From the NCBI RefSeq assembly GCF_009914755.1, contig NC_060931.1: a DNA stretch of 64,000 nt; one strand, written 5' to 3'. The notes below the pieces were generated by a model, which was not told where the DNA came from, ran no database searches, and worked only from the letters and a program-made list of their open reading frames with translations. Source of the stretch: the human T2T-CHM13v2.0 reference genome, Homo sapiens. Each line of letters starts with the position of its first letter. The first letter of the stretch is position 1. Made by a program: the position numbers and the translations under genes. Positions 1-18,810 of the stretch are shown piece by piece.

Positions 1-280
1 CTAATGGCCAGATAGGCTGCATCTTAGAGAAAAAGAAATCAAACATGTTCACTTTTATTGCCCAAGAAACACCTTGGTCATAGCAGCTGCCTTACTATTT
101 ATAAAATATATGTGATTTTTATTCTACCCAAGTTGAAATTTATGTGCATTTCTATTATTGTCCAAAAGTCACCCCCCCCAAAAAAAAGAATCACTTGGAA
201 ACTCTTTTAGTGGCAAATAGGGAACAAAAATGGAACAGAGACAAATGAGTGTGCAAGGCCACCTGCTGGAAAAAGGCTGG

Positions 281-1083
<803 letters not shown>

Positions 1084-1332
1084 GCCAGTATGCAAAGTTC
1101 CCAGGCACTTGGCATCCAATAAGAGGATGTTTCACACAGGAGCAAGGCAATAACCCCATTCAAGTGATTCCTGCCCCCTCCGATTCCTTTATAGTGCAAG
1201 GCAGCAGAGAACAGGGTCTTCTTCCAGGTCAATGCCAATGTGCATTCAGCCGTGCCTGATCCCCCATGCCTTTCTGCGGGGTTCCAGGTACCACTGCTGC
1301 ACAATAAGCCACCCCAAAACTCGGAAACGTGA

Positions 1333-1635
<303 letters not shown>

Positions 1636-1796
1636 GAACCAATTGTTTTATTATGCTCACATGTTCTGTGTGTCAGGAATTCAGACACAGATCTTCAGGG
1701 ACAGCTTGTCTCGGCTCCTCCACCACATCTGGAGCCTCTGCTGGAAAGACTTGAAAGCTAGGGGTGGCTCTTTTGAGCCCTGGGCCCTGAAAACAT

Positions 1797-1966
1797 CTAG
1801 AACAGCACCATCCAATGCAGCAGCCACTGGCCACATGTGGCCGTTGAGCACTTGAAATGTGGCTAGTGCTAATGAAGAACTGAATTTGAAACTATATTTT
1901 AACTTCAATTAATTTAAGTTCAAATAGCCATACATGGCCAATGGCTATCATATTGGATCGTGTAGA
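1797..1966. mobile_element. MER3 (hAT-Charlie) DNA transposon
   Basis: GCCACTGGCCACATGTGGCCGTTGAGCACTTGAAATGTGGCTAG ... AATAGCCATACATGGCCAATGGCTA, palindromic MITE structure. Confidence 0.85.
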
Positions 1967-2089
1967 TCTGGAGTCAATCTTGATTTTGTATCTGGAAGTT
2001 GGTGCTAGCTGCTAACCTGGACCTCAGCTGGGCTGGTGGCTGGAGCACCTACATGTGATCTCTCCCTGTAGTCTCTTTGCATGGGCTAG

Positions 2090-2469
<380 letters not shown>

Positions 2470-2669
2470 TGTATCACCTTTTATAACCCCAACTTTGGGA
2501 GTCCTATAGTGTCATTTATGCCAGGGTCACAAGCCTACCAAGGTTCGAGTTGAGGGAACATAGATCCTATCACTTGATGGAGGACTCTCTACATCAAATT
2601 GTAAGAAGAGCAAGTAGACTGGAAGGTGTTGCTGTGGCAAGAGGACAGTTCATATTAAAATCAGTTATT

Positions 2670-2985
2670 GGCCAGGCATGGTGGCTCATGTCTGTAATCC
2701 TAGCACTTTGGGAGGCTGAAGTGGGAGGATTGCTTGAAGCCAGGAGTTCAGGACCATCCTAGGCTACATAATAAGACCTTGTCTCTACAATAAAAATTTA
2801 AAAATAAAACATTAGCCAGGCGTGGTAGCACATGCCTGCAGTCCTAGCTACTCAAGAAGCTGTGGTGGGATGATCACTTCAGTGCAAGAGCTCAAGGCTG
2901 CAGTGAATTATTATCATACCAGTGCACTCCAGTCTGGACAACAGAGCAAGACCCCATCTCTAAAATAAATTAATAAATAAAATAA
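2670..2985 (+). mobile_element. AluJ
   Basis: diverged dimeric Alu with GGAGGATTGCTTGA and GGCTGCAGTG (J-type). Confidence 0.9.
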
Positions 2986-3523
2986 CACAATCAGTTCTAT
3001 ATTCCTGTGCAATAAACCACCCAAAACCTGGCAACTTAGCAACAATTATTGATTTTGCTCACAATCTGCAGGTTTCAAAGAAGACAGCCCACCTCTGCTC
3101 CAAACAGCATCACCTAGGGCAGTTTATCCTGGTATTGAAGAATCTACTTTCAAGATAGCGCACTCACATGTCTGGCAGGTCGGTGCTGGCTGTTGCCCAG
3201 GAGCTCAGCTGGGGCTGTGGTTCAGGGCTCTGCATTTCTCTCCATGTGGGCCAGTCTGTGGGCTGCTTGGGCTTCCTCACAGCATGGTGGCTGTGTTCCA
3301 CAGGTGAGCTTCCAAGGCAAGGTATTTTTATGACCCCACCTTGAAAGTCACATTGTATCATTTATATTGTACTCTATTGGTGGAGACAGTACCAGGGGCT
3401 GCCCAGGTCCTAGCGCAGGAGATGAACATTCATCCACTAGGTCAGAAGGGCGAAAATAACGCACTGCAAGGGAGGTACGTGGGGTGGGAGGCGTGGAGAC
3501 TATCTTCAGAAAATGCAGCATAC

Positions 3524-4437
<914 letters not shown>

Positions 4438-4592
4438 CACATTCACCTCTATTCTTACTGTTCTCTTTGAGCCCACTTTTCGTCAGCATCCTGGAAGCTA
4501 TGGTCCCAGTTTACCCTTGCATCCTCTATTTCTGATCCTGTGTCTAGTATTAGCTAACTCTTCATTTTCCCTGTGGAATACAAGCATATCCA

Positions 4593-4900
<308 letters not shown>

Positions 4901-5119
4901 TAAATAGAAGAGTTTGGTCTATTTGAGCTGCTGCCAGAAATGTAAATCAAAGAGGGAAACTGGTAAAGATTTTCATATACAGGTCCCGGGGGAAAAAAGA
5001 GAGTGACAGTTGGCATCAATTAAAAACTGATTGTGGGGTTTTAATTACTGTTATTTCTAACCACTGCTCATTGCCTTGTCTGGCCAGGAACCTGTGTTGG
5101 CATTTAAGAAGTCCTTCTG

Positions 5120-6181
<1,062 letters not shown>

Positions 6182-6340
6182 TTTCCATGGGTGCACTGAT
6201 TCTTCTGACATACTAACTGCTTTTAGGGAGAACTTACATTTTAGGGAGGGTAGAGGGACAATAGACACATATGCAATTAAGTGCATAGGCTCATTTTAAA
6301 TTGGGATATATGCTTTAAGGAAAATAAAAGTGCATAATAG

Positions 6341-6640
6341 GGCCAGGCACTGGGCTCATGTCTGTAATCCCAGCACTTTGGGATGCTGATACAGGAGAAT
6401 TGCTTGAGGCCAGGAGTTCAAGACTAGCCTGGGCAACACAGTGAGACCCCACCTCTACAAAAAAAAAAAAATTAAAATTAGCCAGGCATAATGGCACACA
6501 CCTGCAGTCCCAGGTACTCAGGAGGCTGAGATGGGAGGCTCGCTTGAGCCAGGAAGGTTGAGACTATAGTAAGTTGTGATTGCACGACTGCACTCCAGCC
6601 TGGGCAACAGAGTGAGACCCTGTCTCAAAAAAAAAAAAAA
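6341..6640 (+). mobile_element. AluJ
   Basis: dimeric Alu; TSD AAGT(G/A)CATAAT. Confidence 0.92.
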
Positions 6641-7139
6641 ATTTAAGTACATAATGAGGTCGAAAGTAATGTCAGAAATGTGAATAACTGTAGCCAAAAT
6701 CTAAAATAATATTTGAGAAAAGCTATACTGAGCTGTACTGAGCACCGAGGATTTTCTTCAAAAATCAAGTTACCTTCTAATTGAAAGTGAGAGCGTGACT
6801 TGTCTTGCCGCCTGAAGGGTGCCCCTCATGCACTACTCGAAATATTCCTTTCATTTAAACAAAGTTTTTGAGGCCCTTTGTACTCTGCATGTGAACACCA
6901 AGGGCAGCCTGATTTAGGAATGAGTTTCATTCTCATTATTCATTAAAGAACATTTGTTTCCTCTCCACCGGGGAGCTCTGCCGACTGTGCAGGCATCTTT
7001 TTGACGATTTTCTTTCAATTCTGCTTATTGATCCAATGAAGAATCCCAGTACTTCTCTGGGAGTTGGTTTACATTCTACATTTTAAGACGAGGAGCCAGG
7101 AATGTAAGTACAACTGTAAAAAGGAAAAGAAGGCACGAT

Positions 7140-7510
7140 GGAAACAGAGGCTGTGCAGGAGCGTCCGTCTGCCTCGCCGTTATCTCTGGGGCAAGGTGCA
7201 TTGGCTCCCTGGGGTTCTATGACCACAATAACTGACTTTCATAAAACCCGTGGCAAAGTGAATGATAGAATCTCAAAGCTGTAAATGGCCTAATAAATCA
7301 TCACATTCAAACGTCCACGCGCTGCAGATATCTCTACCGTAATGTTCCTGATAAACACGCATCCGGTTTCTGTTGGGCCAGGTCCAACGTTGCTAAGACT
7401 CCACTATGGCGGCTCCACTTGCCCGGAGCTTTTCCTCTTAAGCGTCACCCGCGGATCCTGATATTGCTTCTGGACTGTCTGCCAGCGCCCCTCCTGCCAG
7501 ATCCTTCAAG
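7140..7510. promoter_or_regulatory. Candidate CpG-retaining promoter/enhancer-like element
   Basis: non-repeat sequence with visibly raised CpG; RFX-like GTTGCTAAG 7389-7397; YY1-like ATGGCGGC 7406-7413. Confidence 0.3.
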
Positions 7511-7519
7511 CTGACTCTA

Positions 7520-7990
7520 ATCAGGCCTTTATAGCCACCGTTCCAACTCAATCACCCTTTGTCAATTTCACCAGGCCTTCCATGCTGTCAAACCCAATGC
7601 TCAGTCTTCAGCTCTCATCTGATTTGTTCTAGTGGCAGCGTTCCACACAGCCGATCGCTTCCGTCTCATTGAGTCATTTTCTTCATTTGGCTTCCAGGAC
7701 ACCAAAGCCTCTCTGTTTTCCTGCCGCCTCCCCAGCTGTGCCTTCTCCATCCCCTTTGCTTCTTCCTCCTCCCCTTCTCCTCACTTTCTAACTCCGGAGG
7801 CCATAATCTCCTCTCTACCTACGCCCCGTCCCTTGGCGACCTCATCCAGACTTGTAGCTTCAAGTCCCATCTACGTGCTGATGGTGCTACAAGTATGTCT
7901 CCAGCCCAGTCCTCTCCCAGCAATCTCAGACACAGAATCCAGCTTCCTCCACTTCACTGATGTCCTAACTGTCCTTCCAGCTGGCACCTG
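7520..7990 (+). mobile_element. L2 LINE fragment (RT-domain region)
   Basis: translation AAFHTADRFRLIESFSSFGFQDTKASLFSCRL resembles L2 RT [32 protein letters not shown]. Confidence 0.8.
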
Positions 7991-8408
7991 CCCTTTAGGG
8001 TCGGTTCCAACAGAGTCCTCCATGAAGATGGAGTCAACATTTTACAAGATGCTCGTTGACCTCAGTCATCTCTTACCACTTGTGCTCTGGTTGGTCTTGG
8101 AACACTCTGGGCCATCTCAAGGCCTTTGCTCAAGCTTCTCTGTGATTGACTACTTGTCTGAATATATCCACAGGGCCCCTCACTCACCTTTCTGAGCTCA
8201 GAGTCTTTACGTTTCAATAACTAGACACGCAATTTTTTTCTTTTGTAATCTCCCGGACTATCTTGAGATTCAGTTTTGTTCTGAGTTTTCTTTTCCTTCC
8301 AGATGGAAAATCTCTCTCTTGCTGGACACCATAGGGTAGGGAAAGAAAAAGAAATGGAGGCATGAACTTGAAGATGTGGGGTGTGATCCCCATGCTGGCA
8401 TGCTCTGG

Positions 8409-8409
<1 letters not shown>

Positions 8410-8449
<40 letters not shown>
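8410..8449. repeat. (TG)20 microsatellite
   Basis: perfect dinucleotide run. Confidence 0.97.
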
Positions 8450-8451
<2 letters not shown>

Positions 8452-8675
8452 CCTGGGAAAGTTATTATCTTTGGACAATGTTCTCTTTGTGTGTAACATG
8501 AAGATAATATCCACCTGAAGGTTTTCATGCAGATTACAGGAGAAAATACATGCGAATTTCCCTGGATGGGTTGGGGGTCACCGCTATACACGAATTCTTG
8601 TTCCTTAAGTCTTCTCTTTTTGCTAAAAAAAAAAAAACAAAACAAAATACCCTTGTTCCATGTTGATCTTGTTCT

Positions 8676-9340
8676 TGTGATGGATGACTTGGGGTGTCAA
8701 CTAGCTGAATTAAAGGATACCCAGTTAGCTGGTAAAGCACTCTGTACTCCCAATCATGGCATGAATTCTTCTGAGTGCTTCTCCAGGCACAGAGACCCTC
8801 CCTCTTCTCCTGAAAGCGAAGCCTGGGCAGTTTGGCATTTGATTGGAATGATTGGGCTGCCCCAGGTGTGTCTGCGACGGTTTCTGGAGGCAATTGGCCT
8901 GTGAATGGGTGGACTGAGTGGGGAAGATCTGCCCTCAGTGTGGGCAGGCACCATCTAATCCACTGGGGGCCCACATGTAAGGGCAAATTATTGCTCTCTC
9001 TTCCAGAGCTGGGAGATCCTCTTCTCTGGTCCAGAGGCATCAGAACTCCAAGCTTTGACTCTCTGACTTTTAGACTCCACGACATGGACAAACAGCCCCT
9101 GGGCTCTTAGACCTTTGGCCTTGAACTGAGCATTACACCATCACCTTCTTGTCTCTGAGGATGTGGACTTGGGCTGAGTCACACCACCAGCATCCCAGGG
9201 GCTCCAGATTGCAAAGAGCCTGTCATGGGACTTGCCAGCCTCCATAATTGAGGGAGCCAATTATCCTAATGCATCTCCTTCCATGTCTCTCCCTCTATAT
9301 CTGATTGGTTCTGTCTCCCTGGAAAATCCCAACTAAAACA
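8676..9340 (+). mobile_element. MLT2B-type (ERVL) solo LTR
   Basis: TGTGATGG..GTGTCAACT..GGATACCCAG start; GGAAGATCTGCCCTCAGTGTGGGCAGGCACCATCTAATC; ends ATTGGTTCTGTCTCCCTGGAAAATCCCAACTAAAACA. Confidence 0.85.
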
Positions 9341-10231
9341 GACAACATTTTGATATTTTGCCCCAAAGAATGTCGATAACTCTTGGTCTTTTTGCTCCTG
9401 ACTTAGCTTTCAAAATCCATCATGTTTAGCATTTGTGCACCTCCACCGATTCCGACCCTCGGTCATCTTGACACCATTCTTACAGGCTCAAGCCTATGTT
9501 TGATACATACTCCCAGGTACATGATGTTCTTTTCATATCCTCTGTATCTCTTAACCCATCCAAATTAATGAGCATTCTCCCATGTACCAGTGGCCCATCA
9601 CACAGATTCCATTAGATATTTTCCCATTATCATTTCATTAGGCCCCTTTATAATTGCACAGCCAGAGCTTTGTCATTCACAACTCCCCATGCCAACTGAG
9701 CTGCACTTTCATAGACTGTCACTCATAATGAAATTCTAGCAATATATGGTCTCCAAACTGTAAAAGGAAACTTTTCCAAAATCTAGGATATACCTGAGGT
9801 GGTGTGCAGCATCCACAGTTTCTTGCTTACATCAGCTCCAAATTCCCCAGTCATGTTCTATAGTTCCTGCAATTTCATGGCATAAATTTGCAATTATTCA
9901 AAACATTTCACCCAAAGGAAAAAACTAATCCTGATAAATTCACTGGAAAATATTTCCAGACTTACAAAAACAACCAATAACACCTCCACCACCACCAAAA
10001 AAAATTACAACATTTACATGAATGACTTTAAAATCTGAAGAATATATTATGGGACTCATTTTATGAGACAGTGTTTTTCCATTTTTAATGTTGAGTGTGT
10101 ACTAGGTTTCAGGTACTCTTCTAAACCTTTTAGTTATTATCTAATTTGATTATTTCAGAAACCATAGGAGTTAGACACTCTTTAAAATATTTTTTATTTT
10201 AAAATAATTATAGATTCACAAGATGTTGTAA

Positions 10232-10633
<402 letters not shown>

Positions 10634-10985
10634 AGTGACATCTTAATTATAGCAGAATACAGAAAAACAGGAGTTGACATTGGTACAACATGTGCAAGCA
10701 CTTCCATGTCATCTTATCACATGTAGGTTTGTATAATCACCACTATAATCGAGACACAGAACGGATCTATCCTGACAAAGATCTGCGTCATTCCACCCCT
10801 TTCTAGCCACTCCTCAGCCTCCATCATCCCTAATGCCAGCAACCACTAATTTATTCTCCATCTTTATGATTTTGGCATTTTGAGAATATTATAGAAATGG
10901 AATTATACAGGATGTGACCTTTTGGGACTGGCTTTTTCACTCATCATAATGCCCATGAGATCCAGCCAAGTTGTTGCCTGTGTCA

Positions 10986-11298
<313 letters not shown>

Positions 11299-11406
11299 TT
11301 TATTTCTTTTAGTAGGGAGCAGTATTCCATGGGATGGATGCACCACAAAACACCAATTAACCATTCACCTATTGAGGGACATTTTGGTTGCTTCTAGTTT
11401 GGGGCT

Positions 11407-11811
11407 TGATATATTTTAGATATTTGTCCCCACCAAATCTGATGTTGAATTCTAATCCCCAATGCTGGAGGTGGGGCCTGGTGGGAGGGTACTGGATCAT
11501 GGGGGCGGATCCCTCATGGTTTGGTGCTATATTTGTGATAGTGAATTCTCACTAGATCTGGTCATTGAAAAGTGTATGGCACCTTTCCCCAGTACTCTCT
11601 CTCTCTCTCGCTCTGGCCGTGTGACGTGCCTACTCTCCCTTCACTGCCCGCCATGATTGGAAGCTTCCTGAGGCCTTCCCAGAAGCTGAGCAGATGCCAG
11701 CACCAAGCTTCCTATACAGGCTGCAGAAACATGAGCCAATTAAACCTCTTTTCTTTATAAATTACCCAGTCTCAGGTTTTTCTTAAAACAACACAAGAAT
11801 GGCTTAATACA
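11407..11811 (+). mobile_element. MSTB/MSTA solo LTR
   Basis: TGATAT...AAATCTGATGTTGAATT start; CATGAGCCAATTAAACCTCTTTTCTTTATAAATTACCCAGTCTCAGG...TAATACA end. Confidence 0.88.
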
Positions 11812-13593
11812 GGACTATTACAAATAATACTGCTATGAACATTTGATTACAAGCTTCAAGTAGACACAACTTTTCATTTTTCTGGGATAAATGCCCAGGA
11901 GTACAATTGCTGAACCATATACTAAGCATATGTTTAGTGTGCCAATTTTCCAGAGTGCCTGTATCATTTTACAGGTACCACAAAGCAACATACGAGAGTT
12001 CCAGTTGCTCCATGTCCTCACCATCACTTGGTGTTGTCAGTTTTTTAAATTTAGCTCTTCAGATAATTGTGTACTGATATCTCATTATGACCACAGATTT
12101 GCATCTCCCTAACAGCTGGTGACATTGAGCATCTTTTCATGTGCTTATTTGCCACCCATATAAACCCTTTGGTGAGATGTTTGTTCATATCTTTGGTTCA
12201 TTTTCTAAATGGATTGTTTAATTTGTTTTGCTGTTGAGTTTTGAGAGTCCTATAATATTTGCAGATATGAGTCTTTTTCCTGATATATGGTTTGTACATA
12301 TTTTCTTCTAGCTCGTAACTTGTCTTTTCATCCTCCTCACATGGTCTTTCATAGAACAAATGTTCTTAATTTTAATGAAATTCAGTTCGTGATATTTTTC
12401 TTTTATAGATCGTGCCTCTGGTGCCATGTCTAAGAACTCATCATCAAGCTCAAGTTTCTGAAGACTTTTTCCTGTGTTTCCTTTTCAGCATTTTATAGTT
12501 TTATATTTACATTTAAGTTCATTATCCATTTGGGGTTAATTTTTGTGTAAGGTCCAATGTTTAGGTTAAGATTCGCTTTTTGAAAAGACTGTTTTTCTCC
12601 CCATTGAGTTGCTTGTTCACTGTTATAAAAATAAAATCAAATAAGAGTTTTGTTTGTTTCTGACGAGAAATTCACTGACATTCAAAAAACTTTTTCCCCT
12701 ACGATAAGGTGTCATTTCTCTCTGGCTTCTTTCAAGAGCTTTTCTTTTCTTTTGTTTTCACAAGTTTGACTATGATGTGTCTTTGGATTTATCCTGCCTA
12801 AGATCTATTCAGCCTCTTGAATCTGTACACATGTGCTTTTTTAGCAAATGTGGGGATTTTTCAGCCATTATGCCTTCAAATAATTTCTCAGCTGCACTCT
12901 CTCTTCCACCTCTCCTTCTGGTAATCCAAGGATTTGAATATTATTTCCTTGGCTATAGCCCCACAGATCCCTGGAGTGCTGCCCTTTCTCATTTTTTTAA
13001 GTTTATTTTCTCTGTTTGCAGAGTAGTTCATTTCTACTGTTTTATCTTAAAGTTCACTGATTCTTCCCTCTGTCTTCTTTATTCTGCTCTTGAGCCCATC
13101 CATTGAGTTTTTTTCTTTTAATTATTATATTTTTCTTTACATTATCCATTTCTCTGCTGAGACGCCCTCCCCTTTTATCTTTTGGCTTGAGCATGTTTAT
13201 GATTTCTCACTGAAGCATTTTTATGATGCCTGCTTTTCAATCCTGGTGAGATCATTCTGACATCTATTTTATCTCAGCATTGGTGTCTTTTGGTTGCTTT
13301 TTCTCATTCAAGCTGAGATATTCCTGGTTCTTGGCATGACAAGTGATTTATCTTGAAACCTGGACATTCTGAGTATTGTATCAGGTGACTGTAGCTCTTA
13401 CTTAAATCTTATGTTTGGGCAGGCCTCCTCTGACACAGCTCTGGTGGGTGAAGGGGGCAGCACTCTCTTACCACCAGGTGGGAGTGGAAGTCCCGTCCCT
13501 GCCTCAGCTGTCATTGGCACTACGTGGGGAGGGACTTCTCACTACTGCTGGGCAGGGTGGGAGTTCAGGATCACCCCTGGGCTCTACTGATAC

Positions 13594-14585
13594 TGTCACT
13601 GGGAAGTGCAGGAATCCTCAGTTCTTGCCTAATGTGGGAAAAAGAATTCAGCCAAGAGACAATTCGTAATCCAAGCAAAGGTCTTGCTTTTGTTTTTGTT
13701 TTGAGACAGAGTCTCACTCAATTGCCCAGGCTGGAGTGCAGTGGTGTGATCTCATCTCACCGCAGCCTCCACCTCCCAGGTTGAAGTGATTCTCCTGCCT
13801 CAGCCTCCCGAGTAGCTGGGATTACAGGCATGCACCACCATGCCTGGCTAAGTTTTGTATTTTTGGTAGAGACAGGGTTTCACCATGTTGGCCAGGTTGG
13901 TATTGAACTCCTGACCTCAAGTGATCCGCCCACCTTGGCCTCCCATTATGCTGGGATTATAGGCGTAAGCACTGTACCCAACCTCAAAAGGTTTATTAAG
14001 GAGATACAAGCACACCCCAAGAGGGAAGCAGGCTGACCCGTCTGGAAAACAGCTCCAGGCTGGTCAGGCTGGAAACATAGCAGTAGCAGCATTTACTTAA
14101 AGGGATGGTGCACTCTGAAAGAGATGAGACAGAGCGGGCTGCTGGGGGACTGTCTTTAGAGAATCTTACATGATTTTTCCTACAGGGGCAGGAGGGGGCG
14201 TCACTTGCAATCATGTTTTGGGTAGTCACCTTGGGTTTGCACACTCTGTGGTTGTGCATGCTGGTCCACACATCACATGTCTCATATGCATGCAAAGTCT
14301 CCACCCAAGGATGAGCTTTTTATTATCATAATGAGCAACAGGATATCCTCGGGCAAGGTTTTGGAGGAGTGGGCATGCTCATCAGCACGGGAAGTCCCTA
14401 CCGTGGTTATCTCTGACTAGGGCTCGATAAACCCCGTCGGAGCCGGAAGAGCCCAACCACAAGGCCGGAAGTAGCCAGTGCAGCCTTCATCTTTTTCTCT
14501 GACTGTCAAAGGGCAGCATCTCCAAGACGTTTTTTCCCAGGAGCTCCTTTGCCTGTCTATTTCCGACCCTTTACCTCCTCTAACA
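13594..14585 (-). mobile_element. ERV1-class solo LTR interrupted by AluS
   Basis: TGTCACT...CTCCTCTAACA termini, antisense AATAAA ~13992. Confidence 0.55.
13690..13984 (-). mobile_element. AluS (Sx/Sz)
   Basis: antisense dimeric Alu. Confidence 0.92.
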
Positions 14586-14809
14586 ACACCTTTCTAGCTG
14601 AGAGGGGCAAAGGTTCACCATGACTGTTCCCTGTGTGGCCACCATGGACAAGCAGAGGGATGACCTCATTACCGCTGGGCAGTAGTGAAGGCTCTGACTC
14701 CTAATAGGCCTCCTCTGACACCAGCCGATTACCAAGCAATTGATGTGCTTGCTGCCCAATGTGCACAGAGGCCAATACCATGGCACCAGCTTTTGAGAAG
14801 AGAAAAGCT

Positions 14810-15105
<296 letters not shown>

Positions 15106-15272
15106 AGAAAAGCTTTATTTGAGTTGACCAGCAAGGAATGGGAGGAAATGCTCCAATCTGTCTCCCTGAGCTGGGGGCTGGGTTGGGCTTTATAAGCATA
15201 GGGCAATGAGGTGTGATCTGATTGGATCCTGCCAGAGGGTGATGCCAGGGCTCAATCTCATTGGATCCTTGA

Positions 15273-15600
<328 letters not shown>

Positions 15601-15770
15601 TTGGGGTCTGCTTCTTAATCCAGTCCACGCTTCTCCTTCCAACCACTTAGGGTACCCTTGTGGCTGCACCCTTGGTTCATCTGGGCATGCTCAGGTTATG
15701 TGACCTTCAACCTTGGGCCCCATGGCAACTGAAAAACAACTCACAAGTTTGTTACATGGATGTTGAACCA

Positions 15771-15890
15771 GGGCCAGCATGGTGGCGCATGCCTGTAATC
15801 CCAGCACTTTGAGGTTGAGGCAGGAGGATCACTTATGTTCAGGAGTTCAAGACTAGCCTAGGCAACATAATGAGACCCCCATCTCCACAC
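15771..15890 (+). mobile_element. FLAM/AluJ left monomer
   Basis: single monomer followed by (CA)n. Confidence 0.8.
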
Positions 15891-16427
15891 ACACACACAC
15901 AAAGTTGAACCAGATTGGTCTGATGTGGTTAAAACCCCAGCAAGAAAGGGGAAGAGAGGGTGTCCTGTTGCTCCTGGGTGGAGATGAAGATCCAGGCCCC
16001 CTGCGTGGTTTCTACTGACCCAGCATGGTGGAAGAGGGACATGTTGTTGCTACTCAGTGGGGACGAATGTCCTGGTTTCACTCTACGCCTTTGCTGACAT
16101 CATTCAGTGGGATATGGGTCCTGTCATTACAGCCTGGTAAGGATGGGAGTCTAGGCTCCCCACTCAAGCCTTGCTGGCAGAGTGGACATAGGGGAACACA
16201 CTATGTTCTGTGGTTATTGGGCTGGGGTAGAGTGATTACTGTCTGAAAGTTTTCTGTCTTGACAGACTTCTCCTTTCCTGGTCCCCTGGCTAGAGAACAG
16301 ACTTGTATTCAGGCTTTAAAAATTCTGTAGCTATTGGCATTTCCTGTTGCTGGCCCCTCTGATACCCAATCAGAAATAGAAAAAAAAAAAGAAGAAGAAA
16401 ATGTAGGGAACTGACCATCAAGTCATT

Positions 16428-16718
16428 CTTTTTTTTTTTTTTTTTTTTTTGGAGACAGAGTCTCACTCCGTTGCCAGGCTGGAGATCTCGGCTCACTGCA
16501 ACCTCTGCCTCCTGGGTTCAAGCAATTCTCCTGCCTCAGCCTCCTGAGTAGCTGGGACTACAGGCCGCCACCTCCACGCCCAGCTAATTTTTTTGTATTT
16601 TAGTAGAGACGGGATTTCACCATGTTGGCCAGCATCGTCTCGATCTGCTGACCTCATGATCCACCCGCCTCGGCCTCCCAAAGTGCTGGGATTACAGGCG
16701 TGAGCCACCACGCCCAGC
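16428..16718 (-). mobile_element. AluSc-like (small internal deletion)
   Basis: GTTGCCAGGCTGGAG/ATCTCGG; TSD ..GTCATTCTTT. Confidence 0.9.
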
Positions 16719-16879
16719 CCACCATGTCATTCTTTGTGTCTGGGAGTCCCTGGCCAGTCTGCCTTCTTCTCTCCCCCTTTCAGAGTCTTCTTATGTTTGT
16801 TTTTTGCTTTGTTGTCGTTGTTTGTTTGTTTGTGGCAAAATAAACATAATATAAAAGTTGCCTATTTCAATTACTTTCT

Positions 16880-17130
16880 TTTTGTTTTTGTTTTTTGGCT
16901 TTTGTTTGTTTCAGAGATGGTGTCTCATGCTTTTGTCCATGCTGCAGTGCAGTGGCACAATCATAGCTCACTGTAGCCTCAAATTCCTGGGCTCAAGCAA
17001 TCCTCCCACCTCAGCCTCCCAAGCAGCTGGGATTACAGGTGCACACAACCACATCTGGCTAATATTTTAAATCTGTTGTAGAGGTCTTGCTATGTTGCTC
17101 AGGCTGGTCTCAAACTCCTAGCCCCAAGCC
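16880..17130 (-). mobile_element. AluJ (partial)
   Basis: CACAATCATAGCTCACTGTAGCCTC. Confidence 0.85.
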
Positions 17131-17441
17131 ATTTCAACCATTTTTAAATGGTTTACTAGCATTAAGTGCAGTCACCTTGTTGTCTTACGGCTGTCTTGCA
17201 TTTGACATCCTGGGTTTTTCATTGTAATTGTCAAGATGAATAGGGAAAAGCACGTCTACTCCATCAAGTGGAAGTTAAAGGGATATTTTTAAGACTGCGA
17301 GCCAACAGTACACTTCATGGAGAAGCATGAGACAGTATGAAAATGTGATTAGTTCCTTTAAGTCAAAGGGTCAAGATTTGCTCATTCCTTTCCAGTATCG
17401 AGTAGATGCTAAGCAATGTGTCCTAATTCAGGTGGAGTTCT

Positions 17442-17754
<313 letters not shown>

Positions 17755-17799
17755 TCAATCGTTAACCTTGTGGGTGCCCTTGCTGGGTCTCCGCAGTAA

Positions 17800-18125
17800 T
17801 TACCACTGTGGTGTGTCCTGTATCTCTTTCCTGTGAAAGGCCAGATAGCCAGAGAATCAATGCCCTCCAAATATAACCCCAAATGATGGCCAACGGCACC
17901 TGATGTACAAATGTCCCAGCTCCCCCATCCATTGGGTAGGGTAACACTGAGGTGCGTGTTCCACAGTGGCAGAGTTCTCCAGGGGGCATGAACTTCAGGT
18001 ATCCACATGGCACGTTGCTTGATAATGGACCCTGTATTGACTGTTTTGCCTTCTCCTTCCCTCCCATTGTTTTTCCAAATAAACTTGAACTTGCCTTAGG
18101 ATATACCTCTGGGGAAAGCCCAACT
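17800..18125 (+). mobile_element. LTR16-family (ERVL) LTR fragment
   Basis: GGCAGAGTTCTCCAGGGG...CCAAATAAACTTGAAC...CTCTGGGGAAAGCCCAAC ending. Confidence 0.55.
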
Positions 18126-18462
18126 GTGCTATATTCATGTTGGGAAAATCTAGGAGCATTTCAATGAGTTTCCAATTTAGCAAAGATCCCATATCCTGCC
18201 TCATTCTGGAAAAGTGTAGGACACCCCAGCCCTCACTCCTCCCTTCACTATTTCTCTGATAGTTCTCTTATTCACTCCTCTCTCTGCCTACTCTCCATGG
18301 CATCTGACTATATAGCAGGGATTCCACCATATGTCCTTTGGGTAAGAAACTGAAGTTGACTGTCACGGATGCCAACAACCTTTATGCCTGTCATCATCTC
18401 CAACGTACAGTGGAGTCAGGATACCTGAGCCAGTTTTCCTGCATATCTGCTTTGGCTCTTAG

Positions 18463-18810
<348 letters not shown>

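Noticed and set aside
7400-7500. CTCF motif candidates (CCACTATGGCGGC; GCAGGAGGGGCGC on the minus strand)
   Set aside because: Mismatches or wrong spacing at core positions of CCASYAGRKGGC.
8527-9110. Overlapping ORFs of 66-185 aa
   Set aside because: Lie largely within the MLT2 LTR; no coding features.
9400-9900. Possible decayed ERVL gag remnant on the minus strand next to the MLT2 LTR
   Set aside because: Only faint similarity by eye and opposite in orientation to the LTR; needs a profile search.
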